The notes below the pieces were generated by a model that worked only from the letters and a program-made list of their open reading frames with translations, searched no databases and had not been told where the DNA came from. A stretch of DNA of 58,155 nucleotides, taken from contig NC_135762.1 in assembly GCF_052425735.1 (NCBI RefSeq), positions 10,669,846 through 10,728,000 on the forward strand, in the 5' to 3' direction. Positions 24,936 through 36,457 of this stretch are shown here, piece by piece. Origin of the DNA: Oculina patagonica. Lineage: Eukaryota. A program made the position numbers and the translations under genes. Each line of letters opens with the position of its first letter. Within the stretch, counting starts at the first letter, position 1.

Positions 24936-25544
24936 GCTTTCGAAAACCAGTTGTGTGCTTTGAGTGTCGTAACTCTTAATGATCTGAAATCCCGCCGAGG
25001 AACAGTATTGCTCTACCTTGGCCCTCTCTTCCCATTGAACCATTTCACAAAGAAGCTCTGCAGTCTCTGGATTTAGCTCTTTGAAAGCGTTTAATGCAAA
25101 AGGATGAGGATGATCCCCGTACTGCGCGGCTATTTTCCCTCCACTTTTAAGACTTTCAAACATATTCTTGAAGACTTCTTCTTTGTCAGGGATCCAGTGC
25201 ATGACATGATTGCTAAAAATAATGTCGTACGACTCCAAGCCAATCCCTGGAAAGTTTGAAGCGCTTCCTTCCACAAATGAGAGATTCTTGATTTCACCGT
25301 GAGACTGCTGAGCCAGTAGAATTCGTTCCCTGTCAGGATCAACCCCCACAACCTTTCCCTCGGGTCCTACAAGCTCAGCGAGATATGCAGACAGCTCTCC
25401 TGTACCGCAGCCTAAATCCAAGATGGTGGCTCCGGGTTGAGGACAAACATCCGTTTGAATGAATATTATGCCTTCCATTTTTTGCACGGAGAGCGAAGTT
25501 TGTTTGTATCCCTCTGCTGGGCTATTGCTGGGCGAATTTGCCAT
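24018..25544 (-). CDS. Chimeric ORF (508 aa): class I SAM-dependent methyltransferase domain (~205 aa) fused in frame to a Zisupton-like transposase core
   Basis: The N-terminal part aligns with the intact methyltransferase at 41935-42747 up to ...TQLVF (motifs [28 protein letters not shown]), then switches at ~24935 to transposase-like sequence without a stop. Expression unknown. Confidence 0.7.
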   Translation of the reverse strand: MANSPSNSPAEGYKQTSLSVQKMEGIIFIQTDVCPQPGATILDLGCGTGELSAYLAELVGPEGKVVGVDPDRERILLAQQSHGEIKNLSFVEGSASNFPGIGLESYDIIFSNHVMHWIPDKEEVFKNMFESLKSGGKIAAQYGDHPHPFALNAFKELNPETAELLCEMVQWEERAKVEQYCSSAGFQIIKSYDTQSTQLVFESIPTAIKKKFPIKLFYLSAFSRDLIDYVVTHIGRGQSFLELAEDIASINFKTFVHNSEEGTDSKTSVYEKELYSFPSNDQLMHMFLSFFNNMEISYQNQMEAIPCSILTCDHTFKVSKHIGVARSSDNAFINQFENLFSALNEHGQVVAWRLTRSTAFKEVEDLLQDLKTSLDKRGQQLNMIMVDDCCAIRPSYRRVFPAVPVKLDIFHACQRFVKTIPKGSCHSQQISNEFGLIFRANGDLESCRKMETLDPETIDSNLHMFIKKWDYCLSEESKNAITNIKNHVRSGCCSGIPAGAGTQKNERL

Positions 25545-25737
25545 CTTTTCTTGCTCCAAACCAAAGCAAATATCTACAAACAACAAAGAGGTTTCATCGT
25601 TAGAATTCCTTTTACTTGATCAATCACTTTCTACGACGAATCAAAAACGTGAGCGAGTACTCTAATAATGATAGTAGCAACTTTATTCTTTCACACCAAA
25701 AATTATATCATATATTGTTTTGTATAACTAAATTAGT

Positions 25738-25900
25738 ATAGGTAATCGCATGATTTCGAGTGCAATTTGGGATAAATCAGCACGAGTAAATTTTTCAAAG
25801 GCTAACCAAATTGCACAAGCCCGTAGGGCGAGTGCAATTTGTAGTCTTTGAAAAATTTACGAGTGCTGATTTATCCCAAATTGTACGAGAAAAATCATGT
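25738..25900. mobile_element. Palindromic (hairpin) MITE-like insertion
   Basis: Long imperfect palindrome centred on GCCCGTAGGGC; absent from the homologous upstream region at ~48215-48240. Confidence 0.7.
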
Positions 25901-27718
25901 TTGTATGTATATTATTAGAAGGGAAACAATATAGTAAATGCTGAATTAAAACGAATGGTGGATACGAACCCAGGGGAGTAGCTATGTAGCCTATAGACCC
26001 GTAGGCCCGGGCCTACAACTGTTTTTCAGACTACTCGTATTTTTAAAATGTACCATCGAAAAATGCAAGCTGATGCACTTTCAAGATGAAATAGAAAGCA
26101 ATTTTTAAAACGTCTTAGCGTTGTAAATCTAACAACTCCCCTTTTTTGATGAGATCAAGGCTCATATAGCAAGTGCAAACTGTTAAGCTTCTGACTATGC
26201 AGGGGTTAGCCAGGTGACAGGCAAATGCACAACGGCGGTGAAGAAAGGTGCGTTTATTTACGAACGAGCAAAAATTGGCGCAATGCCTTCAAATGAAATG
26301 TTAGAATTTAGGAGCCGTTGAGCCACACACACAATCACCAAAAAGTCGAAAGTAAAAAAATATTTCCTAGGGTGTTAATCTCAAAACCTTCCCTGGTGGA
26401 CCTCCCCCCCCCCAAACCCCTCAAAAAGTGGTTGGCCAGGAAGCTGGCAACCCTCCTGGTACCAGAAGGTAACAGTTTGTTCGTTACTGTATCCAGGCAA
26501 CGCTTAGAAAACGAAGGAATAAATTTTTAAATTTTTAATACAATCAAGCATGTAAACTTTGGGGAAAGGTTGTTAAATGTATAGCCATAAGAGGCTGGAC
26601 GTTCAATGCTGATTTTAATGGGAAGTGGTTTTGTCAGCAACAAACCAAGCCAGAGTCGTACTTTTCTTAAAGAAGAGATATCCACGATGCAATCAGCATC
26701 ATATGTCAGTAGAACAGCTAATTGTCGATGGAAATATAAAGGCCGGTAACTTTGACAATGAAAGACAACTCCAGCTTCAAAGAAAGGCTGTTGCTAACAA
26801 CATCCTCATTTATTACTACTTTTCAAGCAGCAGACCTTCTTGTTGATGCAAGTAAAAAGCTGCAGAAAAAAGTCAGCAGCCTTGAAGTTTTGCAACGTTT
26901 CCAGCAGCTTTCACGCATATCAATGACACAACAATGTCATGATTCGATCATGATCAGAATGTCGGGATCAGAAGTTTTGTGCCGGTTTTTTTTTTAACTA
27001 AACCAAGAATGTTAAGTCTTGTCAAATGTGATCTCAGTCTCGAAGCCGGCACAAAGCAAGTACGCTAACATAAACGCGCTTCTAAAGATAAAACTCCACT
27101 AAAGATGCACGTCGATCGCTTATGCAGGGTATCTTTTGTAACCTAAACGCACGCTGGTAATGTGAAATTGGGAGCAAAACTGAATACATACTAGCTGGGC
27201 AAGACGAACGACGAGTGGCCGCACCAGACTGTTCTTTCTTATCGTTATCGGGCTGCGTTTATTTCACTACAAACGCATACTGAAGAGATTTGTTTTCCTT
27301 TCACGACTAACAGACAGGCCGGAAACAAATCAGGCAAAAGAAGCCAGTGAACTAAATTCCGATAATGAATCGAATCAACTTTCAACTTTCTACGTACAAA
27401 ACGTTCTGCTTAGTTCAGACTAATTTTAAACCCGCCCTCACTTACCTTATGGAAATTTTAACCAGATATTATCCCAGACTGTAAACTTGACCAACACTCG
27501 TTTATCGGTCTGCGCAGTTCTAATTAATTATTCCATGGCATCCTGTTTTGATCTTCAGTGAAAAAGAGTATACCATGCACGATTTAGGATGCACATTTTA
27601 AGGGTCTTTTTCTGTAACAGTGTTACGTGTTACACGAGACTACACGCATGCGCTTGTATAATGTATGTTGTTTAAATTTGCGCACGCATGTTTTACATGA
27701 AAATCTAATGTAACAAGG

Positions 27719-29531
27719 AGTTACAAGGTGTTACAGGGAGTTACAAGGTCTTACAGGGAGTTACAAGGTCTTACAAGGTCTTACAGGGTGTTACAGGGTG
27801 TTACGGGGTGTTACAAGTTGTTACAGGGTGTTACAGGGTGTTAAAAGGTGTTACAAGGTGTTACAGGGTGTTACAAGGTGTTACAGGGTGTTACAGGGTG
27901 TTACAAGGTGTTACAGGGTGTTACAGGGTGTTTCAGGGTGTTACAGGGTGTTACAAGGTGTTACAGGGTGTTACAAGGTGTTACAAGGGGTTACAAGGTG
28001 TTACAAGGTGTTACAGGGTGTTACAAGGTGTTACAGGGTGTTACAAGGTGTTACAGGGTGTTACAAGTTGTTACAAGTTGTTACAAGGTGTTACAAGGTG
28101 TTACACGGTGTTACAAGGTGTTACAGGGTGTTACAAGGTGTTACAAGGTGTTACAAGGTGTTACAAGGTGTTACAAGGTGTTACAGGGTGTTACAAGGTG
28201 TTACAAGGTGTTACAGGGTGTTACAGGGTGTTACAAGGTGTTACAAGGTGTTACAAGGTGTTACAGGGTGTTACAAGGTGTTACAGGGTGCTACAGGGTG
28301 TTACAGGGTGTTACAAGTTGTTACAAGGTGTTACAAGGTGTTACAGGGTGTTACAAGGTGTTACAAGGTGTTACAGGGTGTTACAAGGTGTTACAGGGTG
28401 TTACAAGGTGTTACAAGGTGTTACAGGGTGTTACAGGGTGTTACAGGGTGTTACAAGGTGTTACAAGGTGTTACAGGGTGTTACAAGGTGTTACAGGGTG
28501 TTACAAGGTGTTACAAGTTGTTACAAGGTGTTACAAGGTGTTACAGGGTGTTACAAGGTGTTACAAGGTGTTACAGGGTGTTACAAGGTGTTACAAGGTG
28601 TTACAGGGTGTTACAAGGTGTTACAAGGTGTTACAGGGTGTTACAAGGTGTTACAGGGTGTTACAGGGTGTTACAGGGTGTTACAGGGTGTTACAAGTTG
28701 TTACAAGGTGTTACAAGGTGTTACAGGGTGTTACAAGGTGTTACAAGGTGTTACAAGGTGTTACAGGGTGTTACAAGGTGTTACAGGGTGTTACAAGGTG
28801 TTAGAAGGTGTTACAGGGTGTTACAGGGTGTTACAGGGTGTTACAGGGTGTTACAAGGTGTTACAAGGTGTTACAGGGTGTTACAAGGTGTTACAGGGTG
28901 TTACAAGGTGTTACAAGTTGTTACAAGGTGTTACAAGGTGTTACAGGGTGTTACAAGGTGTTACAGGGTGTTACAAGGTGTTACAAGGTGTTACAGGGTG
29001 TTACAAGGTGTTACAAGGTGTTACAAGGTGTTACAGGGTGTTACAAGGTGTTACAGGGTGTTACAAGGTGTTACAAGTTGTTACAAGTTGTTACAAGGTG
29101 TTACAAGGTGTTACAGGGTGTTACAAGGTGTTACAAAGTGTTACAGGGTGTTACAAGGTGTTACAGGGTGTTACAAGGTGTTACAAGGTGTTACAAGGTG
29201 TTACAAGGTGTTACAGGGTGTTACAAGGTGTTACAAGGTGTTACAGGGTGTTACAAGGTGTTACAAGGTGTTACAGGGTGTTACAGGGTGTTACAAGGTG
29301 TTACAAGGTGTTACAGGGTGTTACAAGGTGTTACAGGGTGTTACAAGTTGTTACAAGTTGTTACAAGGTGTTACAGGGTGTTACAAGGTGTTACAGGGTG
29401 TTACAAGGTGTTACAGGGTGTTACAAGGTGTTACAAGGTGTTACAAGGTGTTACAAGGTGTTACAGGGTGTTACAAGGTGTTACAGGGTGTTACAAGGTG
29501 TTACAAGGTGTTACAGGGTGTTACAAGGTGT
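27719..29531. repeat. 10-bp minisatellite array TGTTACA(A/G)GG, ~180 units, inside the transposon
   Basis: Near-perfect tandem ttacaaggtg/ttacagggtg with rare ttacaagttg variants and no phase slips. Confidence 0.98.
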
Positions 29532-29989
29532 ATTATTCCTCCTTTTACTGTATGCTGTGTTGAAACAATTATAAAGAAATTATTTTGTTGTTGTTACAAG
29601 TTTTAATTTTGCTGAAAAGTATGGTGTATTTTTTCCTCTTTTTTTGCTCTTCTTTTTTTGCTCTTTTATACTTTTAATTTACAAGACCCCACGAGCTTGT
29701 CAGCTTTTATCTACATCGTGTTTAATAAAGACAACGTACTTACTTTTTTACTGTATGTTGTGTTCAAGCAATTAGAAAGGAAATATTTTTTTACTTTGTT
29801 TTACAAATTGTTATCCCATTCATATTTATGACATTTTTTGTCCCATTCCCAGCGACCAGTGGCGTAAGTCCCAAAACTAAATGTTTTATTCCTGTGTGGT
29901 CTTACGACAACTCTTGATTGGGTCTCTGGGTAATGTCAATGTCAAAATCCTTTTAGCAAAATATTCCTAAACAAAACTTAACTTATAAA

Positions 29990-30545
29990 CTTTGTTTATC
30001 AATTTACTTGTGCGGGATGTAACTCCCGTTATATTGGCGAGACTTCCCGTCATTTTTCAACAAGGATCAAAGAGCATACTTTAACTGATAAAAATTCACA
30101 TGTTTTTAAACACCTTAACAGTTCATCTAATTGCAAAAATTTATACACACTTGATTGTTTTAAAATTTTGGATTCTGCTAAAACCGTTTATTTTCTTAAA
30201 TTAAAAGAGGCTTTTTACATTAAAAGTTTAAAACCAGATTTAAACACTCAAGTGCAGCATGTTAACACCTTTTTATTATAATCTTTTGTTCTATTAGTAA
30301 CGGTCTAAAGCTCACACTGTGAGTAATTACTGTTCTAGACAGTACCAGACAGTACCTGCCACTTTGTAACGACTTTACCGTTATCTTTTGTTGTTGTAAT
30401 TTTACGTTGTATACAATTCTATTTTTGTAATTTTAGCTTGGGTATATACATAGCCCTAGATTTTTAAATTCTCAATAAACTGAAGATGGCATGAGTGACA
30501 TGCCGAAACATGTCTTTAAAAGGTTGTTTCATGTTTTTAAAATTA
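29990..30545 (+). mobile_element. 5'-truncated Penelope-like retroelement (GIY-YIG endonuclease end plus 3' region) nested in the KDZ element
   Basis: 29994-30281 translates VYQFTCAGCNSRYIGETSRHFSTRIKEH...SHVFKHL...FKILDSA...LKLKEAFYIKSLKPDLNTQ...*, a Penelope-type GIY-YIG domain with its Cys/His pattern. It is followed by a hammerhead motif. Confidence 0.85.
30475..30519 (+). ncRNA. Minimal type I hammerhead ribozyme (Penelope-associated)
   Basis: ATAAA-CTGAAGA-T-GGCATG-AGTGA-CATGCC-GAA-ACATGT-C-TTTAA: CUGANGA and GAAA core, 6-bp stem II, palindromic ACAUGU stem III, GUC cleavage triplet. Confidence 0.78.
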
Positions 30546-30609
30546 GTAAGGATAAAGCAAAGACAAACATCCGCCGTCAAAAAGCATCTCTTATCTGATT
30601 GCATTGTTC

Positions 30610-31038
30610 CCCGGGGGGGGGGGGTACTCCCATATGTGGCCTATATAGGTATGTGCCGCCCGATAGGGTATGGTTTTTGAGGTTCTCGGTCCTTAAATAG
30701 GGTATCATTTTTGCTCCTTTTGGCAATGTGTTCCCGGTGTGATCCTTAGATAGGGTACCTAAATTCTATTAGCTAAAATAAACGCCCAGCTAAACGAAAA
30801 ATTTTCTGTTCAGGTATTAGAAAAGCGATTTTATAAAGATTTGTCTTGCTGTGCGCGGTTAGCCGTTATTTGGGTCGTCACGGAACGCTTCTCCTCCCCT
30901 TAAATAGGGTGCCATTTTTCGGTTTTGGGCCTTAAAAAGGGTATCAATTTTCGCTTCCTTTATCCTTAAATAGGGTCAGGGTTTAAGAACCTTGGCGGCA
31001 CACCCCTATCCAAAATTTATGCGAGTACCCCCCCCGGG
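30610..31038. mobile_element. MITE with CCCGGG(G)nTACTC TIRs nested in the KDZ element
   Basis: CCCGGGGGGGGGGGGTACTC ... GAGTACCCCCCCCGGG; internal CCTTAAATAGGGT repeats; ATTGTTC present on both flanks. Confidence 0.75.
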
Positions 31039-31563
31039 AATTGTTCACTCGTTCTTACGAGTACACCAGACACGTATCAACGTCTTCTTTTGTTGCTTCA
31101 CCAATAAAAAAAGGTCCAGATTCTTAATTGGTTGCAGGCGGATAGACAAGTAATCGTATCAAAAAAACCAGACCCGATAGAAGATTAGATAAGGCGTTCC
31201 ACGTGTAATCTACATGCGTATATGTGTACTATTTTGCTTATTGACCAATCAGAGAAAATGTCCAGATTCTTTGTTGGTTTAAGCTGGTGATTATGTCAGG
31301 CGCCCAACTTCTGCCGCGAAAAAAAGGAGGACTGATTGGAGATTAGATAATAATATATAAGGGACTCTGTAAAGTGCAGAAACGGACGGCGGATCGCGGA
31401 CGGCGGACGGCAAAAAAAAAAAAAATAAATAAATAAAAATAAAAAATTTAAAAAATAAAAAATAAATAAAAATATCAAAATTATTTTTTCTCAAAGGGTT
31501 CGGGCAAGATTCTCCTATCTCTATCCACAGGCCACGGTAAAACGTGAAAACTGCATGACTTTT

Positions 31564-34500
31564 TTAATATGAATTATGTTGTTTAGCACCACGGACTTTA
31601 GGGAGCACTGGCTTCCTTCCTTTCTTATAACACAGTTCAGTGTAACGGTTTCTTCGCACACACATTCGGTGGAGATAAAAGAGATGATGACACTTATCCA
31701 TGGCACAAAGTATCTTCTTGAAACGACCCAACCATACAAATACTTGTTCAGCAGCCATGGTGTTTAAGTCAGGGTGTTTCTCTTTGAGTTCTTTAAGCTT
31801 TTCACCATAATTTGTCTTACAGGATTCCCTTTTATGATTTTTTATGTGAAGGCTGTCTATGATTTTAGTCACCTTAGACCACAGATCATCATAGGGACTA
31901 GGAAGAGGAAGTTTTCCACGGGATGCCTTAAGCTGGTCCAGATTACACATGTTGTCATAAGAGAGTACGACTTCTTCCCATTGCTCAGGGGGCACATCTT
32001 TAAGAGTGTTGTACAAAAACCTAAGTGTTATTAGAAACACTTGGGAAGGTGATTCTGACCTAAAAGATAATATTTAAAATGTTTAAAAATTAAGTAACTC
32101 AGAATTTCAGTGTTACATTGACACATCTTTCTAAGTTTGTATTTTTCTTGACATTTCAACTGATTGTCAAAACAAAACCAAAATTACAGTAAGGGTAAAA
32201 CATATAATAGACATTTAAGTAATGTTTGCACTCAGTCTACATGCTAATAAAGTTGAAGTTTTGTTATGTTATGTTGTGTATTTGATATGTTTGTCGTGCA
32301 TGCAATTAAGGAAAACATTATTGCACTCTTGAGTTGAAAATAGAATAAGTATCAAAAACGTTTTGCGTTAGCAGTTTGGTAATAATAATATCTTACTTAA
32401 ACAATGGCTGCCAAGTTGCAATATGACCTCCTCCACTAACAATAAAGCAGTGACCCTTAGACCACTTTCTCAGGGACTTCTTTCCTCCTGTGTCTTTGTT
32501 GCAGGGATCTTCAAGTGGCAAAGTTTCTAAACTAGGAAGCAGTTCTTTGTTGAATCCTGTAAACTCTTCAAGTCCTTTAGAAATACAGACAACTTATGTT
32601 AAAATAAAACAAAAATATATAACATAGTGTTTGAGCCATTAATTAAAAATGCTTAACAATTAAAACTGTGCAAATTCATTCTATGACATAACCATAAATT
32701 AAAGTAAGAATTTGTGATGTCAAATTATCTAATACTTAACGTTAAAGATTGCTGGAATTGTAATGAGCTTAACAGGAAAAGAATTAAATATAGCTTCAAC
32801 AAAATATTCAAGTAATATTGTTTTAAGTGATTTTATGTACTCAACAGCTAGTGGGACACATGGCAACAGCTATCATGAGGGTTTGTGCACATTGAGATTT
32901 CATATCAATTTACTCATATTGCAATTACCTTGGGCACTAACTGAAGATAAACCTAAATCACTTCCTTGCAATTTGTTCACAGTCTCATCAACAAAGTGAA
33001 CCTGGTCGCTATTCTCACCGCTGTCATCAGGGTCATGTACAATTGGTGCATTGGTTCCTCCTTTTTTAAAAAAAAAACAAAAAAAAAAAAAACAAAACAA
33101 AAACAGAACAATAAATTGTAAAAGTTATGTTTTGGAATTTCATTTGGTGTTTTTGGTCTATAGAATACCTTAAAATTCTGTTTATAAGCCCCCTGTTAAA
33201 AGGCCCTCCAATAGAGGAAGACGGTACTGAACAGGGCTAACTTTTGATTGGATTACATGTTTTAAACTTTGAAACATCAATAATTATGGCTGATCAACAC
33301 TACAATGGCTTGCTTCGAAACACTTTTTGCATTCCACTTATATGCACCAACCCAGGTTATGACCCAAATTTTACTCTTCATCACTAGAGAAATTCTTTAT
33401 TTATACAAATGGCTGCATGAGATATTACCACTGTCAATAAATACTTGGAGTATTACAGAACATGCAAGGCATTATTATAATGAGCTTTCACATGATAAAT
33501 TGGTGTGAAGTCAGAAACCACATACATACTGGCTGAAAATAGCTTGTTAAATCAAACTGAACCACATGGATATTTTCCTACCTTGCTTTGAGCAGTATTC
33601 AAGAAATTCTTTCAGGTCAGTGGGGATTCCCTGCTCAGACAGATTACTACAGTGGGTCTTGCAGAAGGCCTTCCCTCTTTCAGGTGTGGCTTCACATATG
33701 TCTGGATAATTGACCATAGGCAAGCTTGGGATTGCATTTTTAACCTTGTACATGCAGTGGGGGAATCTCAACTTCCAGTTACCATCAATCACCCAAAGTT
33801 TTCCACAACCTGCAGATACATATTTAATAATTATTACTCATCACAATTAATTAATTATTAAGTACTAAAAACAATTCATTTCTCAATATTAGTTATCCTC
33901 AACCAATTACGGCGCGTGAAAGAACGGCCCTGTTAAAAAGCCAATCAGAGGTTAAAATGCGGGGGGGCCGGAACAAGCTTTTTTGCCGCAATTTGCAGAC
34001 GGACTATACCGGGGTTTTGTTCGTCTGCAACGCAGGCTAAACATTAGTCACAATTGTACATTTTTCACTTTTTCATCACTTGAAAATAAAAAAGTTTATT
34101 TCAATAAATTATATTACCTCTCTTTTTACAGTCCTCTGTACAATTATGTATGTAAGTTGAAACCCTCCTCCTCTCTTCAATGCCATCCATCAGTTGTTCT
34201 CTGTCAGCATCCTTGTACATGGGAAAATCTTTTAATGGAGAGCCACTCTCTCTTAATGAATTCTCTAACTCACCCCACCAGAACATGTCGGCCACACACT
34301 TTGCAGACAGTTCTCTTTGTGAACAGCCTGAATGAAAAAAATTTGCATTGTGTTACATACTTATTACTTGAGGTAAAAAAATCAAGAAAACTTGAAAATT
34401 AACATTGCTGATCAGAGGGGAATCTAATACTCAATTACTTTTAGTTTTTTTCTGGTAAATGCTGTGATAATTTCTCATAAACCATGACTCAGTTTAACAT

Positions 34501-36457
34501 GTACAGACAAATACATGAAAATGAAATTCTTTCTTTGAGGGTGGTGGACAAAACACTGGAGATCAAGTATTACAGCAATACATTAATTTCTCACTTGGAA
34601 TATTATTTTAGGGTACCTTAATTTTGAAAATTAACAACACTTGTTATTAACATGAAATTTTAAAAGTTTTCATTAGTTTTATTTTATTACTCATAAATTT
34701 TGTTCAAATTAAAATGGTTTTTATATCCCTTTAATAAGATAGTCTATTATAGAGGTAAAATCCATTGAAGGCAGTTTATTTATCTTTAGATGCTCAGAGG
34801 TGAATAGTACTTTGCTATATATAATCACCTCTGAGTTAACCAATCAGCGCACACATAAAGCACTATTCACTTGTGTGGTATATACTAAATTATAATAATT
34901 ATTGATAAAATTCAGGATTCCTAACTTGAATTTGAAAAAAAAAATGAATAAGAAAGTAATAAAATCACAAACTAGTAAAAGAAAAATAACCTAAGAAAAA
35001 AAAGAGAAATAAACCGAGATAGGTAGATGAATAACTAGATCAATCTGATCGTTTAATCAAAACCAAATCTAGCAGCTTAATTAAAGTTCAATTATTTGAA
35101 TGTGTTCATAAGTGAAGCAATTACTTAATTATAAATATTCACTTGCCTTCTTTTCTCCTCATCCACTCACTATATCCCTCAGCAAAAGCTTCAAATGAGA
35201 GCCATCCGTGATTTCTATTTTAAATGGTTAGTAAACATTATACAAAATTGTTATTGATATATCTTAGTTGGAACCATTTAACAAACAGACATCGAAACTG
35301 GTTTATTGGGCCTCCCCACCACGACAAGGTGGACTCTTATAGGGGAGGGAAGAAACAGCAAATAAGAAGAGATACATTCAATTTCCTATCAGTGACAGCT
35401 GCAGTGATGGCCGAGTTTCTTACAAACGTACTAACTTAGCGTAAAAATAACTCACACAACTAGATGTTTTTAAAAACAAGAGTCCCTTGGCAATAAACCA
35501 GTTTATGAAATATATATATATTAGATAATTCTAATTCAGAAAATATTAAAAGAAATAATCTTACTTACGCAAGAGAACAGTACAATTCAAAAAGTTCACG
35601 ATCTACAAGTGTGGAGTCAGTTGCCTCGACTGTATCTCTGATCGTGTCGTAAAACTGGTATCCACTCTCCTTGTTTCCAAAGCGAGAGTAAGAGAAATTC
35701 AAACGGCATTTATTGCACCGCAAAGTAATTTTTTTGCCTGCAAAAGAATAATATTAAAACATTGGCTGCAATCCTTGTGAAAAAGAAATAATTAAAATTC
35801 TACTGGTTTTTTGAAACAGTGTTAAACGACGAAGCATATGGCACTTTTACGACACAATTATATGAAAGTTGTGAGGATCTAGGCAGAATAATGATAACTT
35901 ATAGCGGTATTGTACATAAATGAAAAATGTACAAAATAAAAATTATAAAAAAGTATAGATCACAATAAAATTTTTATTAAGCTATATGGTTTGAAAACAG
36001 CCATACTACCAAAAGGGACCCCAACAATCAATATTAAAATTAAGCTTACTACACTTTAAAACAAAAAGTATTATTACATTACCTGCAAAGGAACCTTTGA
36101 ATCCAAAGAACACAACGTCGCTAGGATCATTGTGGCGCGATAAATTTCCGCCACACTGAAGACATCGGCTTGTTGGAGGCCCAAAGCAACGCTGATCCTT
36201 TCCGGATGATTGGGAAAGATGATCTGCCAACAAAATAGCGTTTGGCAGATCTTCGACATCCTTCAGAGCAGGGAACAGTTCCTCTATTATCTCCAACCGA
36301 TTCGTGGAGAATAAAAGAAGAACCGTTGACACCGCTTGCCTGAGGATGTCGAACTTATGAAGGCCGAACTTGGAGATTAGAAATACAGAAATCTGATCTT
36401 CAGAAAGGCAAGGTGTTAAAGATCGCTTAGTCTGTGACGAGCTCTCTTGCCAGCCAT
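31564..36457 (-). pseudogene. 8-exon CxC5/CxC6-like + KDZ (Kyakuja-type) transposase, ~618 aa, with one apparent frameshift near the start
   Basis: Phase-consistent exons 36457-36083, 35737-35569, 35214-35147 (GC donor), 34327-34118, 33809-33582, 33060-32929, 32574-32397, 32059-31564. Motifs: RCLQC...LRCNKC...YSRF, LSFEAFAEGY, HNCTEDC..GC..WVIDGNWK...C...FCKTH, CNKDTG, SESPSQV, LSYDNMCNL, IIDSLHIKNH, LNTMAAEQVFVWL. caagATGGCT at 36457 meets TAA after 13 codons; adding 1 nt restores the frame. Confidence 0.8.

Noticed and set aside
27558-27568. 11-bp TSD (GTGAAAAAGAG) for the 9-kb element
   Set aside because: The extra GTG match is the element's own right terminus; only the 8-bp reading puts the motifs of both ends in exact register.
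27719-29531. Telomere-like or CRISPR-like interpretation of the array
   Set aside because: The unit is not TTAGGG, it is internal to a TSD-bounded element, and there are no unique spacers or cas genes in this eukaryotic context.
27798-29606. 602-aa and 588-aa (VLQGVTRCYK)n ORFs
   Set aside because: All three plus-strand frames give the same decapeptide because the unit is 10 bp; the array lies in a transposon subterminal region.
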